Source: Paraphysomonas bandaiensis
Taxonomy: Eukaryota; Protista; Chrysophyceae
Direction of reading: 5' to 3'
Assembly (NCBI GenBank): GCA_965644295.1
Contig: CBFFRP010000308.1
Span: forward strand, 1 to 48,722
DNA: 48,722 nt
This document shows, piece after piece, positions 6,492 to 17,498 of the stretch. Position numbers and translations under genes: made by a program. Within the stretch, counting starts at the first letter, position 1. Each line of letters begins with the position of its first letter. The notes under the pieces are model-generated. The model had not been told where the DNA came from. It did no database searches and saw only the letters and a list, made by a program, of their open reading frames with translations.

Positions 6492-9275
6492 TACCAATTC
6501 ATCGAAAACGAAATACCAGACTTGAGTTATGCCAGAATATGGGGATGTAAATGCTTTGTGAATATCGATTCCAGTCTCCGAAAGAACAACTGGGACAGAC
6601 ATAGCTGGCCTGGGTATTTTATGGGCTATCGAGAGGATGGTCCTGGATATATAGCCTTTGTTCCCGCATTAAGAGATTTTGTTATATCAGGACATGTATT
6701 TTTCAACGAATGTGTTCCACCAGCGGATAAGAGATATTTTAAGGAGATAAATGAGATCTTCAGGGAGAATGAGACCACCAGGACAGTAGAAAGTTTCAAA
6801 TATCTCATAGGTCTAGCTCATGTAGATCCAGACGATGGATTAACATATGTAACGACTCAAATAAAGCTCAGAAAAGGATTAATCGCAGCGTATCGTGGTC
6901 TAGTGGACGACAGCGGTGACACTACACGACTAATCCAGCTCGACGACCCCATTCATGCTGCAGACGTCGAAAAGTACACTGAAGAATACATAGAACTCAA
7001 AGCAGTTGGTCTCAAATGTATTACGTCTCGATCGAAAACCCCAATACATAAATCCAGCAAATCAGATCAAAACCCCGATACAGTTATTGGATCTCCAGCG
7101 CCAGCCGCTACTTCCAGGGGGAGTGGCGAGAATCTCAGACATCATGATGCCGCGCAGGAGAGAATCAGCAGCCATCGGTGTGAACCTACCCACTCCGATG
7201 CAAAGATAGCGAAGACTCGCCCTCCGAAACAATTCAATGGGAATCTAGTGCCGAATCCGGCACCACACGGTCAAGTGGATCGTGTGCACCAGCGTATGGC
7301 CAAACGCTGCAACAAGCCTGCTGATTCATCGGGAGATTGGGAAAATCAGGGTACACCTGAAGGGCCAAGTAAGGTCCGTGCTACAGCAAAACAACAATTT
7401 TTAGCTGGTAAAAAGAGTGTTCTCCGAAGCAGGAGAATGGCCAGGAAACGGGTAATTGTAAATATACATAAACTTGGTGATGGTGTATATACATGTGATG
7501 TAAATGCTAAACATGTAGCTAATCATATGGCACATGACACACAATGTATATCAAAATTACATACAAACAATATTGATATTGTTATGCATGCTATCAGTAA
7601 TTGCGATGACATTGACGAGCTAACCGATACACCAAAGAGTGTTCAAGATGCTATTTCAGGTAAATATAAACAGCAGTGGATCGATGCTATCAATAGAGAA
7701 ATATCCACTCTTCAGAGGAAAGGGTGCTGGAGATACACTGCGTTACCACCTGGAGCAAGAGCCATAAAGGGGAAACTCATATTCAAAATAAAAAGAAAAC
7801 AGAATGATATCAAATTCAAGGCTCGACTAGTCGCACAGGGTTTTACTCAAATCCAAGGCATCGATTACAATGATACATACAGCCCCGTCGCGAAGGCTAC
7901 ATCACTACGTACAATTATTGCCCTTTCGACTATTATGAAACTCAAATTGCACCAAATCGATTTCACAACTGCGTACATCAATGCTGACCTCGAAGAGGAC
8001 ATATACATGCATCCCCCTCCTGGCATGGACGTCCCTGACGGAAAAGTCCTCAAACTGATGAAAAGCATCTACGGTCTAAAGCAAGCAGGTCTTAACTGGT
8101 ATAAGTGCTGTACAAATTTTATGCTAGATATGGGTTTCACCAGACTAATATCTGACCCGTGTATATTCAAAAAGCAGATTAATGGCAGGATTATGCTAAT
8201 AGCCATGTATGTGGATGATATTATTATAGCATCTACATCCGACACTGATATCCAACAATTCAAAGACCATTTATCCAAAAAGTTCGAAATTACGGACCTC
8301 GGACTCCTAGACTATTACTTGGGCATCTCCATTCATCAAGATTTTGACAAAAATATCACGACTCTCAGTCAGGAGCAGTACGTCAGAAAGTTACTGGACA
8401 AATTCAACATGTCTAACAGTAAACCCATGTCAACACCTATGTTACTGTCTTTCAACTATGATTTACATGAATACAATCATCTTTCAGAGTCAAATCAAAG
8501 TTATGTTCAGAATTTCCCCTACAAGGAGCTCATAGGTTCCCTAATGTATCTAGCTGTATGCACTCGACCGGATATCGCCTATGCAGTCAATACTCTTGCC
8601 AGATTTTCTGATATGCCTAATCTAACTACCTGTAATGCTGCGTTACATGTTCTTAGGTATCTCAAAGGCACTGCTAAGCAAGGATTGATATATTCTGGAT
8701 CCCACATAACATTGTCAGGATACTGCGATAGCGATTGGGCACGGTGTCACCTCACTCGTCGGTCCACTACAGCCTTTACATTCTTCATAGGTAATTGTCT
8801 TATATCATGGCAATCTCGATTACAGACAACTGTGGCATTGTCATCTACTGAAGCTGAGTATATGGCTCTATCGTCAGCAGCTCAGGAAGCATTATGGCTA
8901 CGCTCTTTATTATCAGAAATTGGTTTCAAACTTCCATTCTCAACAACTATTTGGTGCGATAATAAAGGGGCAGTCCAATTATGTTACAATCCTACTCATC
9001 ATCGTCGTACGAAACATATTGCGATACGGTATCATTTCATTCGAGAAAATATTGCCGAAAACCAATTGACTGTTGACCATATTCCCACCACGTCAATGTT
9101 AGCCGATCTTCTCACGAAACCACTAGGAGCAACTAATTTTCTTCAATTGCGAACTACATTGATGGGGGGAGCTGGGTTCGACATCCCATCCAGCAACAAC
9201 AGGAAGCGATCAACAACCTCAGAGACACCTAAATCACAATTAACAAGCCACAAGCGACCTAGGTGGCTAGTTTGA
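6492..9275 (+). CDS. pol: Copia pol remainder: integrase C-terminus, RT, RNase H
   Basis: PDLSYARIWGCKC, GYFMGY, KFKARLVAQGFTQ, QIDFTTAYINA, KSIYGLKQAG, YVDDII, TRPDIAYAV, YCDSDWA, SSTEAEY, CDNKGA, ADLLTKPL. The first 22 codons of the called ORF (6426-6491) appear to be Gypsy LTR. Confidence 0.93.
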   Translation, partial: YQFIENEIPDLSYARIWGCKCFVNIDSSLRKNNWDRHSWPGYFMGYREDGPGYIAFVPALRDFVISGHVFFNECVPPADKRYFKEINEIFRENETTRTVESFKYLIGLAHVDPDDGLTYVTTQIKLRKGLIAAYRGLVDDSGDTTRLIQLDDPIHAADVEKYTEEYIELKAVGLKCITSRSKTPIHKSSKSDQNPDTVIGSPAPAATSRGSGENLRHHDAAQERISSHRCEPTHSDAKIAKTRPPKQFNGNLVPNPAPHGQVDRVHQRMAKRCNKPADSSGDWENQGTPEGPSKVRATAKQQFLAGKKSVLRSRRMARKRVIVNIHKLGDGVYTCDVNAKHVANHMAHDTQCISKLHTNNIDIVMHAISNCDDIDELTDTPKSVQDAISGKYKQQWIDAINREISTLQRKGCWRYTALPPGARAIKGKLIFKIKRKQNDIKFKARLVAQGFTQIQGIDYNDTYSPVAKATSLRTIIALSTIMKLKLHQIDFTTAYINADLEEDIYMHPPPGMDVPDGKVLKLMKSIYGLKQAGLNWYKCCTNFMLDMGFTRLISDPCIFKKQINGRIMLIAMYVDDIIIASTSDTDIQQFKDHLSKKFEITDLGLLDYYLGISIHQDFDKNITTLSQEQYVRKLLDKFNMSNSKPMSTPMLLSFNYDLHEYNHLSESNQSYVQNFPYKELIGSLMYLAVCTRPDIAYAVNTLARFSDMPNLTTCNAALHVLRYLKGTAKQGLIYSGSHITLSGYCDSDWARCHLTRRSTTAFTFFIGNCLISWQSRLQTTVALSSTEAEYMALSSAAQEALWLRSLLSEIGFKLPFSTTIWCDNKGAVQLCYNPTHHRRTKHIAIRYHFIRENIAENQLTVDHIPTTSMLADLLTKPLGATNFLQLRTTLMGGAGFDIPSSNNRKRSTTSETPKSQLTSHKRPRWLV

Positions 9276-9475
9276 GTTACACGGAGTTTTTACCATTTTT
9301 TTTTACTTTTATTCAATACATGATGCTGGACTAGAAGGATGGTCTCACAATATGGCATCTCTGCAGTTCGCTTATTATTGACTAGTGACTGCTACTCTGG
9401 TTTTTACTCTCAGTGTGCATAAGTTCATATTCTCTCTATTATCTACGGTTCACTAATTATTTCATTGAGGGGGCG

Positions 9476-10123
9476 TATTAGGATTCAGCTTAACACATGA
9501 TTGTATCTGTGAGTTATAATGTTCAATGAAATATACCATGAACTGAATTAGAGAGAGTATCTGTCGAAGATACGTGATCGTCATCATAACGTCGTCATTA
9601 TCAGTTACACTTCTAACTATTCCGTTGTGCATGATAGTACGTTCTATATTGTTATTCATAATTTTCACTCTATCGTGTTCATTACTTACACTCTAATAAT
9701 CACAACATTGTTTTACTATTATAAAGATCAATTCTTTATTTTCACACTTAGTAACACTCATCATATCTATTCCTATGACTATACATTATACATTCAGTGT
9801 TATATTGTAGGTGATGCAAAATAAAACTAGTTCGAATGCAACATATGCACACAAATATATAAGTACGAGGAAAAAGACTTCGGCGTAGTAATATCATAAT
9901 ATCCCAGTACAATATCTTCAAAATACGATAAGCATAAGCATAACTGTATAAGTGGATAATTCGGCAATACAAGCGATGGAATCCTGCCTATACTGCTATC
10001 TGCTGTATACCGCTCTTTAGCTTTGTTTTGACCTGATGTATGCTGTATTGGTTCTCCTGCTATGAGCTCATGCTTCTGTAATGCGTAGCTATATGCGAGT
10101 ACAATTCATGACTAGGTTTAATA
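9476..10123 (+). repeat. Putative Copia 3' LTR
   Basis: Follows TTGAGGGGGCG and begins TATTAGG. Candidate ends: CA at 10102, 10108 or 10172, or TAATA at 10123. Confidence 0.5.
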
Positions 10124-10218
10124 CTACAATTGGTTAGGTTGAGTCATTTATTGCTTTGACTAGGTTTTAACACCCGAAAATAGTATGACTAGGAAATTTC
10201 AACCAATTTGACTAGGTT
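10109..10218 (+). repeat. Cluster of TGACTAGG motifs
   Basis: TGACTAGG at 10109, 10157, 10186, 10209; variant TGGTTAGG at 10131; further copy at 10574. Confidence 0.75.
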
Positions 10219-11680
10219 GAATAATATATCTCTTAAATATTAAATCCGGAATTCTCTGCCATGTGCAGCATCAATCATCATGAGTCCCTGAAATATCATT
10301 AATGTTCTCATCTTCGTGGATAGGCCTCAATATAACGCTGCACTCTGCTATCTCTTTATGCTTTCCTGTTAAATCGATTCATATATCAATAGTATGCTCA
10401 CCTTATCTTCGCTACACTATGCTCTAGGATCCTGGTACATATAGGTCCAAGAACTGTAATATTACATGCTTTCAAGCACATTAATATGTTCAAACATATA
10501 ATAAGAGGCCATAGCATAAAAAATAACCAAATAACCTCACAGGACCATTTCTTCTAAAATGAGGACGTATAAATGACTAGGCAAACCAAAGCTAGTGTTT
10601 TCAACTGTTACGTGGACAATCAATTTTGGGGGGGCAATGTAGCTGAAGTTTCTTATCTATTACAGATATGTATGTTGTAGTGCACTCCCGAGCACTAGAT
10701 CTAAAACTATTTTCAAACAATACTATGCTTAAGATATAATTACTGGGAATCATCAACTAAAAAAGTCGATAATTTATTTACACTGTCAAGCAATGAAGGA
10801 CCTACATAGCATTCTTGGTATCATCATCGGCTTTTGGTATTACGAAGTCATCAGAATTTTCGTCATCCATTATATGATAGTATACATGTATAATAGGCTC
10901 ACAAGAATGCAATTCAGGAAGCACCATTCCACTATCTTTCCCAGAGGGTAGAGAATTTCTTGTAGACGGCTAAAGCATACGCAAGATATATCTTACACAT
11001 ATCTAAGTGTAACTCATAATAGTTAACCCCTTGGTCTGTATATTGTGTAGCCTTGAGTCCTTGAAATGTTTTGATTTATGTTACGTGAGTCCGATTTTGT
11101 CTCTCTAAAGAGTGACATGTAATTTTTTTCTATGCCACGGTTTAGGTACGATCCACTTACAGAGTAGTTACTCTATGCGCACTATGGAGGCCTTTTGAGA
11201 ATAATAGACACAACTTGAATTCTGTATTTTATGATCTTATGGCTGTTGTTCTCATCATCAAGACTAAAATATGTACAATAATTCTTACAATGATGCAACA
11301 TGTTTGGCTGCTTATGTTGTGTTTGTGTCATACACAGACCCACACACACAGATGTATTATGATTTTGTCCTTTTTTTTATATTTTGTCTTTTTTTAATAG
11401 AATCCCACTTTTTATTCCCTGCTGCTTCTTCACCCATCCGTACTCACCGTACTGCAGTATCTTGAGCAGGCAGAATCGATGGTGTGATCCATCATGATGC
11501 ATATCGTATTGAAGCCTTGCAAATGAAGTTGATTCTTTCTTATACTTCACATACTTCATTTAGATTCTATATATATTAAAGTACAGTATATGTGCTACTA
11601 TATACGATCATTACAATGACTGTGTATATCTGTGTATCAACCACACAGTAAATCCACATAAATCTATATATATATATATA

Positions 11681-13291
11681 ATGTCACATTTCGACTGTAC
11701 CAACATGGACAATGAAGGGGATATTACATCTGCATTTTCAAGAATACCTAAAGGGGATTTAGATGATGGACCAACAATAACATCAATGATAATGCCATCT
11801 GATACATCTACACATATAAATACATGTTATTCTGCATATTTTACACCACAAAATACATTACGTAGTTATCATATATGTGGAGATGTTGATGATTGGGGGG
11901 ATTCTGAGAGTGTACCTCAGTGTTCTCTATGGCGTTTTGCTGATTGTTTATTGAAACATAATGAGAAGAAGACACCACTTAAAACAACACATGAACGATT
12001 ACATCGTTTAGGGGAAGATGTTATAGATCATGAATTAATACAGATTGAAAAAGATGCATTATGTAGTGGTGTAGAAAGTGGAGTTGAATCAAGTGCTACC
12101 AATACAAGTATATCACCTGCTATTACACGGTGAGTGTATTATTATGTAGCTTGTTATCAATGTAATATTCTTTTTTGTAGTGCCTTAAAATCATGTGCAT
12201 CAAAGCGGAAGGATAATGGTGGCGGCGATGCAGCAGATGTTATCCACTGGCACACCAACAGAAGCATTCGCAAGAAAATACGTCGTGGTATGTCGTTTTC
12301 AGCGGATTCCCTGTGTAGCGTGTCGTTATCCCGTGGAAGCTGCTCCAGTGACAATACCAGCACTGAGCCATCCACGCAATCCTCACCCGACAATATGTTT
12401 TCTCCGTCACCACACCGCAGGGTTCATGTACCACCCGGTGGTACTGGACCACCTTGTCGTAGACGTGCAGTATCTGCAGAAGATGTATCTGTGGTAAAGT
12501 CTTCTCCAGTATTTATTGCAAATGAACGCCGTTCTCCCCGTCTGTGGGGGTGGAACCAGTTTGATGACGATGAGCTCACGGACGCCTCGGATTCCCGGCC
12601 TGGGTCATCTCTCGATTGTAGCTATGTAGAGGAGGGCTCCCTGGGATCTCTGCCCTCATCTATATTTGACAGTTTACTATTGTCTCCTTGTACTCCTTCC
12701 TTGTCCCAATACCTTGAGGTAGTAGAGGAGGAAAGTTCTCCCACGCACACATCAGAGGAGCAACACCCTCAACAGGTGGCTGTTGAGGGACACCCGTCTC
12801 CTGCTGCGGTGTCTGGCCTGCCGTCACTCTTCGACCCTGTAAATGACAGTCATACAAGGGCTAGGCGGTATCGCGCTGAGAGCTTTTGCAACTCAGAGAC
12901 AGAGGAGAGTAATGCTGATGCTGGTTGTGTCTCGGCAACAGAACAAAGAAATGCCTCGGCCCGTTCTCCAACGAGTGTTCCCCTTTATGTTGTACCAACC
13001 ACTCCTGCCGCAACCACAAGCAGCGTATTTTCCCCTTCCCCTTTGTCTAGTGCCCCCCCTCCTATCGCACACGGGGACTTGACTACTGTGGTAATGCTTC
13101 CCAAGGAGGGGAGCTCTGAGCTCAATGAAGGCTGCAACTCTTATGAAAGATCGAGCAGTGCGTTGTTTACTCCGCGTCGCTACCCAAAGCTTGACGCACA
13201 GGTGACAGAGCCGTCAGAATTTATCACTGATTGCGATCTGTCTCAGTATCGGACACTGCTAAATGGAATATCGTTGAGAGATTCTCCGTGA
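11681..13291 (+). CDS. Hypothetical Ser/Pro-rich protein, 2 exons (11681-12129, 12181-13291)
   Basis: A 51-nt GTGAGT...TTTGTAG intron joins the two ORFs in frame (ITR|ALKS). Largely low-complexity. Confidence 0.8.
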
Positions 13292-15408
13292 GCCTTTTGT
13301 GAACAGCCGAAGGTTTCATTTTCTACACGGCCAGTGTATCGCTTTTTATTTCGCTTGTGTGTCAGTAGTGTGTGGCAAAACTATTTAATATTGCGGTGTT
13401 CACTCTCTTCGGTGTGAAGTGTACTCCTCCCTGTGTGTCTTTAGAAGCTTCGCATTACTTCATTGAATTGATGCGGCTTAGTAAATTATAATGATACACA
13501 TTTTCATTAGATTGAACTACTCGTTTTCCTTTCCACGGAAACATGAAAGTTTAATTGTAAGATATGGTTACAATATACTGAACTTAATATACACAAAACG
13601 GTATATATCTACGAAGAAAGTACGTAAAACTAGTGTACTTAGTTCTAGTCAAATAATAGCTGGGAGATTTCATTAGATGATATATATATTTGTATGCAAC
13701 ACTTTCCAACTTTTTGCCTGCTCACTGAACACCTCATCCACTAGTACACAGTATGATATGCAATAGCTGATGATATGTAATGACTTCAAAATTGGAAACT
13801 AACTATTGTAATGTGTAGATTATTGATTTAGTAACTGAACTGTAAAGCAACTTATACTCATTATCAAATAAATAAAATGCTGATATGTGACCACAGTCTC
13901 TTATCAGTCATTAAATATATATTGTCACTACTACTGATCAATATTTTTAGATATTCCCCATCAGCAAAGTCGGACTCACACCTTGTCGTGGTGCTCTGGG
14001 GGATAAATACCGGAGAGATTTCTTCGGGAAACTAACATGAGCCGCACACAGAGGAAGCAGATATTGTTTTGCTCACTCATTGCCAAATGCTTCTGTGGTA
14101 CAAGGAACACTAGTACAAGTGCTACTTGTGTAGACGTCTTTGAGCCTTCGCGAAAAAAAAACAGGGAGTGGGCCCGGCTTAAGGGTAACCGGCGTATTTG
14201 GTTGCCTGCTGAAGTCAAGCATTAGGGCTGTTCACATTAAGGGCTCAAAAGTCCTACTGTCAGCAGATGTATGACCATTCTGCTTGCTCATTGCGCTTGA
14301 TTTGAGTGATAGAGCGAAAGTGGTTGCATCGTGGTGCTTGCGGTGACGCACAAGCAGCTTTTGTAGTGATAAATTGTAGGATATCAGAGTTGAGCACTAG
14401 TTATAGTTAACTGCAATGCTAAATTAGTTATTACTCTTAAACGCCTATTGTTAATAATAAGACATTCACTATTTATACAGCCCAATTAATTTAGTTTCAC
14501 TAACATATTTGCATTATGTAATTACTAAATCCTGCAAGTAACGGTCAAAATACAGCTCTTAATTGCTTCAAATAAGCATAACTTAACAATATCGTTAATT
14601 CGAGATGGCTTTAATGAAGATATCGGTCATATGCAAGCTAGTTGTTTCTCACCAATCTGTACTGGGAATCAATCATGTGAATTAAAAATACGCATATTCA
14701 ATAAACCATTCAATTGATCAGGAAAGTGATACGTAATATTTGGTGTAATAATTTCAAAATATGGTGTATGGTGTATGAATCACATATAGGCGCAGTGGAT
14801 ACAATGCCATTATCAGTTTGGTAAGCATCGTAATACAGTGGTTCATGGAAAACAGCATATGCATTATATATTCTGCAACATATTGTGACGGTAAAATCTA
14901 TCCAAGTATAAATAATGTCATGGAAAGCCCACAATACCAGTGTACAATATACAATATGCAAGGCTAGGAAACAATATATTGTATTGCAATATTTTTCCAT
15001 TAAAAAATGAGTGAATAGTATGATAACTGAAGCATATAAATAATTAACGTCCACTGCACTAACATAAATCTCAATAATATAGCAATACCCATATATTCGC
15101 CCTAATAATTCACTTTTCAATCCACAATATGCATATATATATATTGCTTCGTTAACCAACTCAAGATCTCTTACTTCTTACTTTATGTCATAGTGTATAT
15201 ATATCAATAATATGTATGTATGTATGTATGTAGGAACGATGCTTTGTAAGAATTTCAATTTCTTGAACACATCTCAAATACGATGTTTGTTAGATTTTTT
15301 TTCTTCGTTAACGATGCAAACTATCACTAATTATTCGTTGTAAATTACAACTCAAAAATTTCACTCACAATCTATTTTTTATTGGAAAACTCGCTATTCG
15401 ATGCAAAA

Positions 15409-16808
15409 CTATTTACGGCCGCCTCCTTTCTTTTTTCTTCCCTCTGGGAATTTCAACGGCAAGACTATATGTGCATCATATGCTGTGCCCCCAGAGAAGC
15501 TGGCATCAGATCTCTTGTTGACAGCACATCCAATTTCACGGGCTATAGTGTTTAGCCGTGGAGTAGTAATCTTTAGATCCTGTGCACACCAAATTAAAAA
15601 ATAGTAAAAGACACAAGCGATGATACCTCTGAGAGTCTAGATATGTCGAGATTGCTGTCTGATAGGTGGAGTCCGAGAACCATTGTATGCATCAACACCT
15701 TGTCGCTGCAACACAAAAGTTATGCATCGCACAGAAAGTATACACTTTGCACTTACGCCAAGGCCTTTGTACCAACGAACGCGCTCTTTCCATTAGTTTT
15801 CTTATGTACTGCAAATGCGTCTGTGATATGACGGAGAACCTGCGGAGGGGGATTCATCAATTCCTTGGCGAGCTCGTCCTTGTCCATAGGTCTACGCCTA
15901 TCAATCATTGAGGCACAAAATCTAAGTAGACAGGTGTATAGCAGAAGATGGCATAGTTTTCTCTTGAGTTCAGCTGGCTTTGAAGAGTGCTGAGCAAAAG
16001 TCTGAGCAACAAGAGAGAGTACCATCTGTGGGGCTCCCTCCTTAGCGAGTTTGTCCTCCCAATCTCCAGCTAAAGAGCTTAGTACGGGTTCACCCTCGCC
16101 TGAAAGTTCTGCCACGACTCCCTCTACCCATTCTTTGAGGCCATGGTAGACACCGCTAGGAACCAAACCTTGGATAGGATAGGCTTCCGAAAGACTAGTG
16201 GCGGTAGTTTCATACATAGGCAGCATCTGTCGGCGCTGCATCTCAATAGCCTGTTGAGCGGCATTAATTATAGTGGAGCTATCATCATCTTGTGTACCAC
16301 CCGCAGATGGCGATTGAGTTTTCGACATATTCGCAACAACATGATTTATAGCCTCTGCCCCAGTGATATTCTCCGCAGATATTGTATTCGACTCCATAGC
16401 CCGCATTGCTCTTTTCTTTTTCTTACTACCAAAAGCTTCAGTAAGTGACTGTTTCCTCTCATAATTAGTCAAATCAGATGATTGAGCATCTAATATACTG
16501 TGTTCATTCACAGCAGTCATTACGTATGTATGATGAACAGGAATTAATTCAATTTTTTTTTTCTTTTCATCCATTATACCAACAGCAAAACAACTTAAAT
16601 CATTATTAGTTGCATGAGAACCATAATCACATCCAGTATAATGAACTCCATGTAATTGTCCATCTATTATATGTTTACGTTTTCTTCCACCTTTACTATG
16701 TGCACTTATCTTCATATGATGGGATTCGGAAGGGACACCAGTTGGAAATGATAATACTCGAGGATAATCCTCGACTTGTGAGACTGATATTGTCATCTCA
16801 TGCACCAT
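15409..16808 (-). CDS. RPA49: RNA polymerase I subunit A49/PAF53-like, 3 exons (16808-15757, 15705-15627, 15579-15409)
   Basis: LTEAFGSKKKKRA motif, N-terminal GIMD...KIELIP, and spliced C-terminus REIGC...LPLKFP; 51- and 47-nt GT-AG introns keep frame. Confidence 0.88.
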
Positions 16809-17498
16809 GATGAATAATGAGATATCTAATAAGGGTTTATGTAGGATGAGTAGGAGTATATATGAACTGAGTGAGTGTATGTATGTAAGTATGTGTGTAT
16901 GTATGTATGAGATGGACTGTACAGTGTAGTGTGTACTTATCTTCCAGTCGGACAGCTCGATGATTCGATGGACAGCACTGCTGTATAATGGTTCTATACG
17001 GTATATACGGGATGACTATACAGTGAAAGAAATATTATAGACGATTGTATTATTGGTATGGTAGTACTGTAGTTCTAGCATACTATCTACAGAGGACATA
17101 CAGTATATTGGGGCATGGTTACTATGGGAATAGCAGTCGCTTAATGTCTTCCCAGAGCACGATACTCTAATCCCAGTAGAATAATTGAACACCTTCTGCT
17201 TGTTTAAATTGATAAGGACTTGGATATGGAAACATAAATCAATAGATCATAAGGCTATGATCGTACAGCATACAAATAGTCGGTCGAGAATACGGTAACT
17301 GTATACTAGAACTACAGTGAGATTAACAGCTAGAATATAAATACACAGTAGTCTACTGTATAAACAATTTTCAAATTTCCTTCTTGTTAATAGGAGCATC
17401 TTATACATACATACATCCACAGCACTGCACTGCACTGCTGCATCATATATACGAACACTCACATATCATATTGTGATATTCATTCATATTGAAACAAT

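Larger units (their letters stand above)
6492..10123 (+). mobile_element. Ty1/Copia LTR retrotransposon, 3' half (interrupted in integrase)
   Basis: IN C-terminus, then RT, then RNase H (Copia order); PPT GAGGGGG 9467-9473. Right end uncertain (about 10100-10230). Confidence 0.9.

Noticed and set aside
10109-10218. CRISPR-like repeat-spacer appearance
   Set aside because: The repeat is only 8-10 bp with irregular spacing, the context is eukaryotic, and there are no cas genes.
11377-11559. 60-aa minus-strand ORF with a GTGAGT donor-like site, divergent from the gene at 11681
   Set aside because: No recognisable product and no convincing downstream exon.
13289-14247. Imperfect inverted repeat (TGTGAACAGCC at 13298, GGCTGTTCACA at 14226) as possible MITE ends
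   Set aside because: Only 11 bp exact, no clear TSD, and the extension overlaps a host stop codon; compatible with chance.
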